The notes under the pieces were generated by a model. The model did not search any database, was not told the DNA's origin, and was given only the letters and a program-made list of their open reading frames with translations. A DNA stretch of 63,770 bases, filler included, from Basidioascus undulatus (lineage: Eukaryota), in NCBI GenBank assembly GCA_000826855.1. It is 14 parts of 14 records of this genome, joined end to end, with 100 filler letters (N's around TTAATTAATTAA, not from the genome) between each part and the next. Parts side by side here need not be neighbours in the genome. Positions count along the whole stretch, not along the records: positions 60,813 to 63,770 come from JTLS01002578.1; 13 more parts are not named here. One strand, given 5' to 3'. Numbering within the stretch: position 1 is the first letter of the stretch; each line of letters starts with the position of its first letter. The position numbers and the translations under genes were made by a program. This document shows, one piece after another, positions 62,110-63,770 of this stretch.

Positions 62110-62398
62110 GGCGGGGATGGGTGTGGTGGGAGGGCAAGATGGGCGGAGGGAGGAGCGTCCGTGACCCGAGAAGTTGAGGTCAAATGGCGGCGTTGTCCGG
62201 GCGATGACGCGCACGCGCCGAGGACGCGTCGCTGTACACTTTCTTTCTTTCCCTTTCCTCGTTTCTTCATCCAGTCACTACGCTCAAGGAAACCCTCTCT
62301 AATACCCTTGTTCAAGTCCCCCTAGATATCACCCACCTCAGCGAGTCCTCCAAGGACCTCCGTCCCAGCTCCAAACCTGACCTTATCCTCCCAGATCC

Positions 62399-63200
62399 AT
62401 GCCCTCCGACGAGGCTCCCGACCCTGCCAGCGGTGCAGGTGCAGCGCACAAGCGTCCAACGCCAGACAGACCCGCGGGAGCGCCTGTGCCGAAGCGTCCC
62501 TTCGACGCGTCTGCGAGCGCTCTGCTGAGGCTCGGCGACAGCGACAGCGAGGGAGAGGGCGAGGGCGGGAACTAGAGCGAGGGTGGCGCGCTGGAACTTC
62601 CTGGTGCGTGAAGCAGCTCTCCGGGATAGGCGGATCGGCATGCATTGTTAGATATTGATGTAGGCTGGCTTACGCTCCGGAGGGCCGGACAGCTTCCACC
62701 ACCCACGTCGCCGAGATGAACGTGCAGCTCGTGAACTTCAAGAACATCTATCGCGTGATTGTGCGTGCGAGAGCGGCCTCCTCCACCTGAGGATTCCTGA
62801 CCGCAGGTCTTTAGAAAGTCCCGGAGACGTACACCATGAAGCACTTTCACTACCTCCTGCAGTCCATCTGGGGGTGGTCAGGTCACCACCTGCGCCAAGC
62901 GACCGTCGTGTACGTCTCTCCCTCCGCCCCCTCCCACTTCCCCATCCCCTCCACCACCACCACCGCTTTCTCATCCACAGCCCCACCTGCTTCCCTCCTC
63001 CCCACAGCCGAAGCATCCAGCTCTACGGCGGGAACTACAAAGCGCGCGAAATCAAGTCGTCCGAGCCGTACATCTGCTTCGGGAGCAAGACGAGCCGGCC
63101 GAGATAGAAGGAGGTAGGAGGTCGACCGCGCGCGGCATTAAAGCGGTGCAGGAATACGACCTGGGCGCCTCCTGGAACGTTCACCTTCGCCAAGTTCGTC
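62399..63200 (+). pseudogene. MM3350/pRiA4b-ORF3-like domain gene with premature stops
   Basis: ATG at 62399 with in-frame TAG at 62573-62575 just before a GTGCGT donor; exons VQLVNFKNIYRVI/KVPETYTMKHFHYLLQSIWGWSGHHL; second TAG at 63105-63107. Confidence 0.45.
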
Positions 63201-63554
63201 TCCCTCCCGCGCCCATTCAACCAGTTTGTGCCTACCGCCCCTCCCCTTTCCCGTCTCCGTCGCTGGCGCCAGTTCGCATAGTTTCAGTCTACCTTTTGCT
63301 TCGACTGTGCGTAGCTTGTCGCCTGTAGCTTGTGACTGCCCGTAGTAGCTAGCTAGCCAACCCCCGAGTGTTTGCATATATATGGGTTACATATGTGCTG
63401 TTGCGCAAGATCTTTTCTTTGGGTATACTCGTTTGCACTTTGCAACACAAAAATGTGCGACGTATCCACGGTTTTCCGGATAGCACCCCATCTGGCTTCA
63501 CCGCGCCGCAAGACAATCTGGCCTGCAAAATGATCAATCCGGTCGTGCCGAAGC

Positions 63555-63770
63555 TCATGCTGCCTCCTGCGCCTCCTGTCGTCTACGCTCCAGCACCTGC
63601 CGATACAGCGGATCCTCCTCCCACCCAGCCTCGTCCTCGTCTTCGTCCTCGCCCTCGCCCTCGCCCTCCTCATCCGTATCATCGATGACCTCCTCATCGC
63701 TGTCCGCCACCTCCCGCCGGAGCGCGCGCTTCTCGCGAGACAGTGGAGAAAGGCACGCTCTTGTTTCGAG
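63555..63770 (-). CDS. Acidic C-terminus of an unidentified protein, truncated by the window edge
   Basis: Minus-strand frame REKRALRREVADSDEEVIDDTDEEEGEGEGEDEDEDEAGWEEDPLYRQVLERRRQEAQEAA*; this explains the (CCTCGY)n hexamer repeat. Confidence 0.5.
   Translation of the reverse strand, partial: LETRACLSPLSREKRALRREVADSDEEVIDDTDEEGEGEGEDEDEDEAGWEEDPLYRQVLERRRQEAQEAA

Noticed and set aside
1..63770. tRNA, rRNA or snRNA genes
   Set aside because: No convincing cloverleaf or conserved RNA motif was seen by eye; tRNAscan-SE or Infernal would be needed to exclude them

Overview
This window is not one locus. It is a pseudo-scaffold of 14 unrelated contigs joined by an artificial 100-nt spacer (N44-TTAATTAATTAA-N44). 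Thirteen contigs are about 2.96-2.99 kb in non-increasing length order, and one is 23.8 kb (12351-36159). Most contigs come from a GC-rich, intron-dense basidiomycete nuclear genome (short GT-AG introns, GTGCGT/GTCCGT/GTGAGC donors, CTGAC/CTAAC branch points). Recognisable genes are PCC1, GNA1, MO25/HYM1, translin, a DOPA 4,5-dioxygenase-family gene, PGS1, an F-box gene, COX14-like, an SDR, SCAP-like, NMT1, SLT11/RBM22, GNL1-like, VPS16, GBF1/GEA2, endonuclease V, THO2 and a SnoaL-like gene. One contig (6181-9167) is AT-rich mitochondrial DNA (nad2-cob, TGA=Trp) that looks Eurotiales-ascomycete rather than basidiomycete. One contig (42414-45387) is a decayed chromodomain Ty3/Gypsy element whose lesions are dominated by CpG->TpG/CpA changes. 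Four accessory genes (F-box, secreted amidohydrolase, 2OG-Fe(II) oxygenase, MM3350-like) are pseudogenes, while neighbouring housekeeping genes are intact. The best novelty candidates are a 66-aa prepro-type six-cysteine secreted peptide (35316-35516) and a peroxisomal PTS1 (SKL) on the spliced last exon of GNA1. All family calls come from motif recognition by eye, not from database searches.
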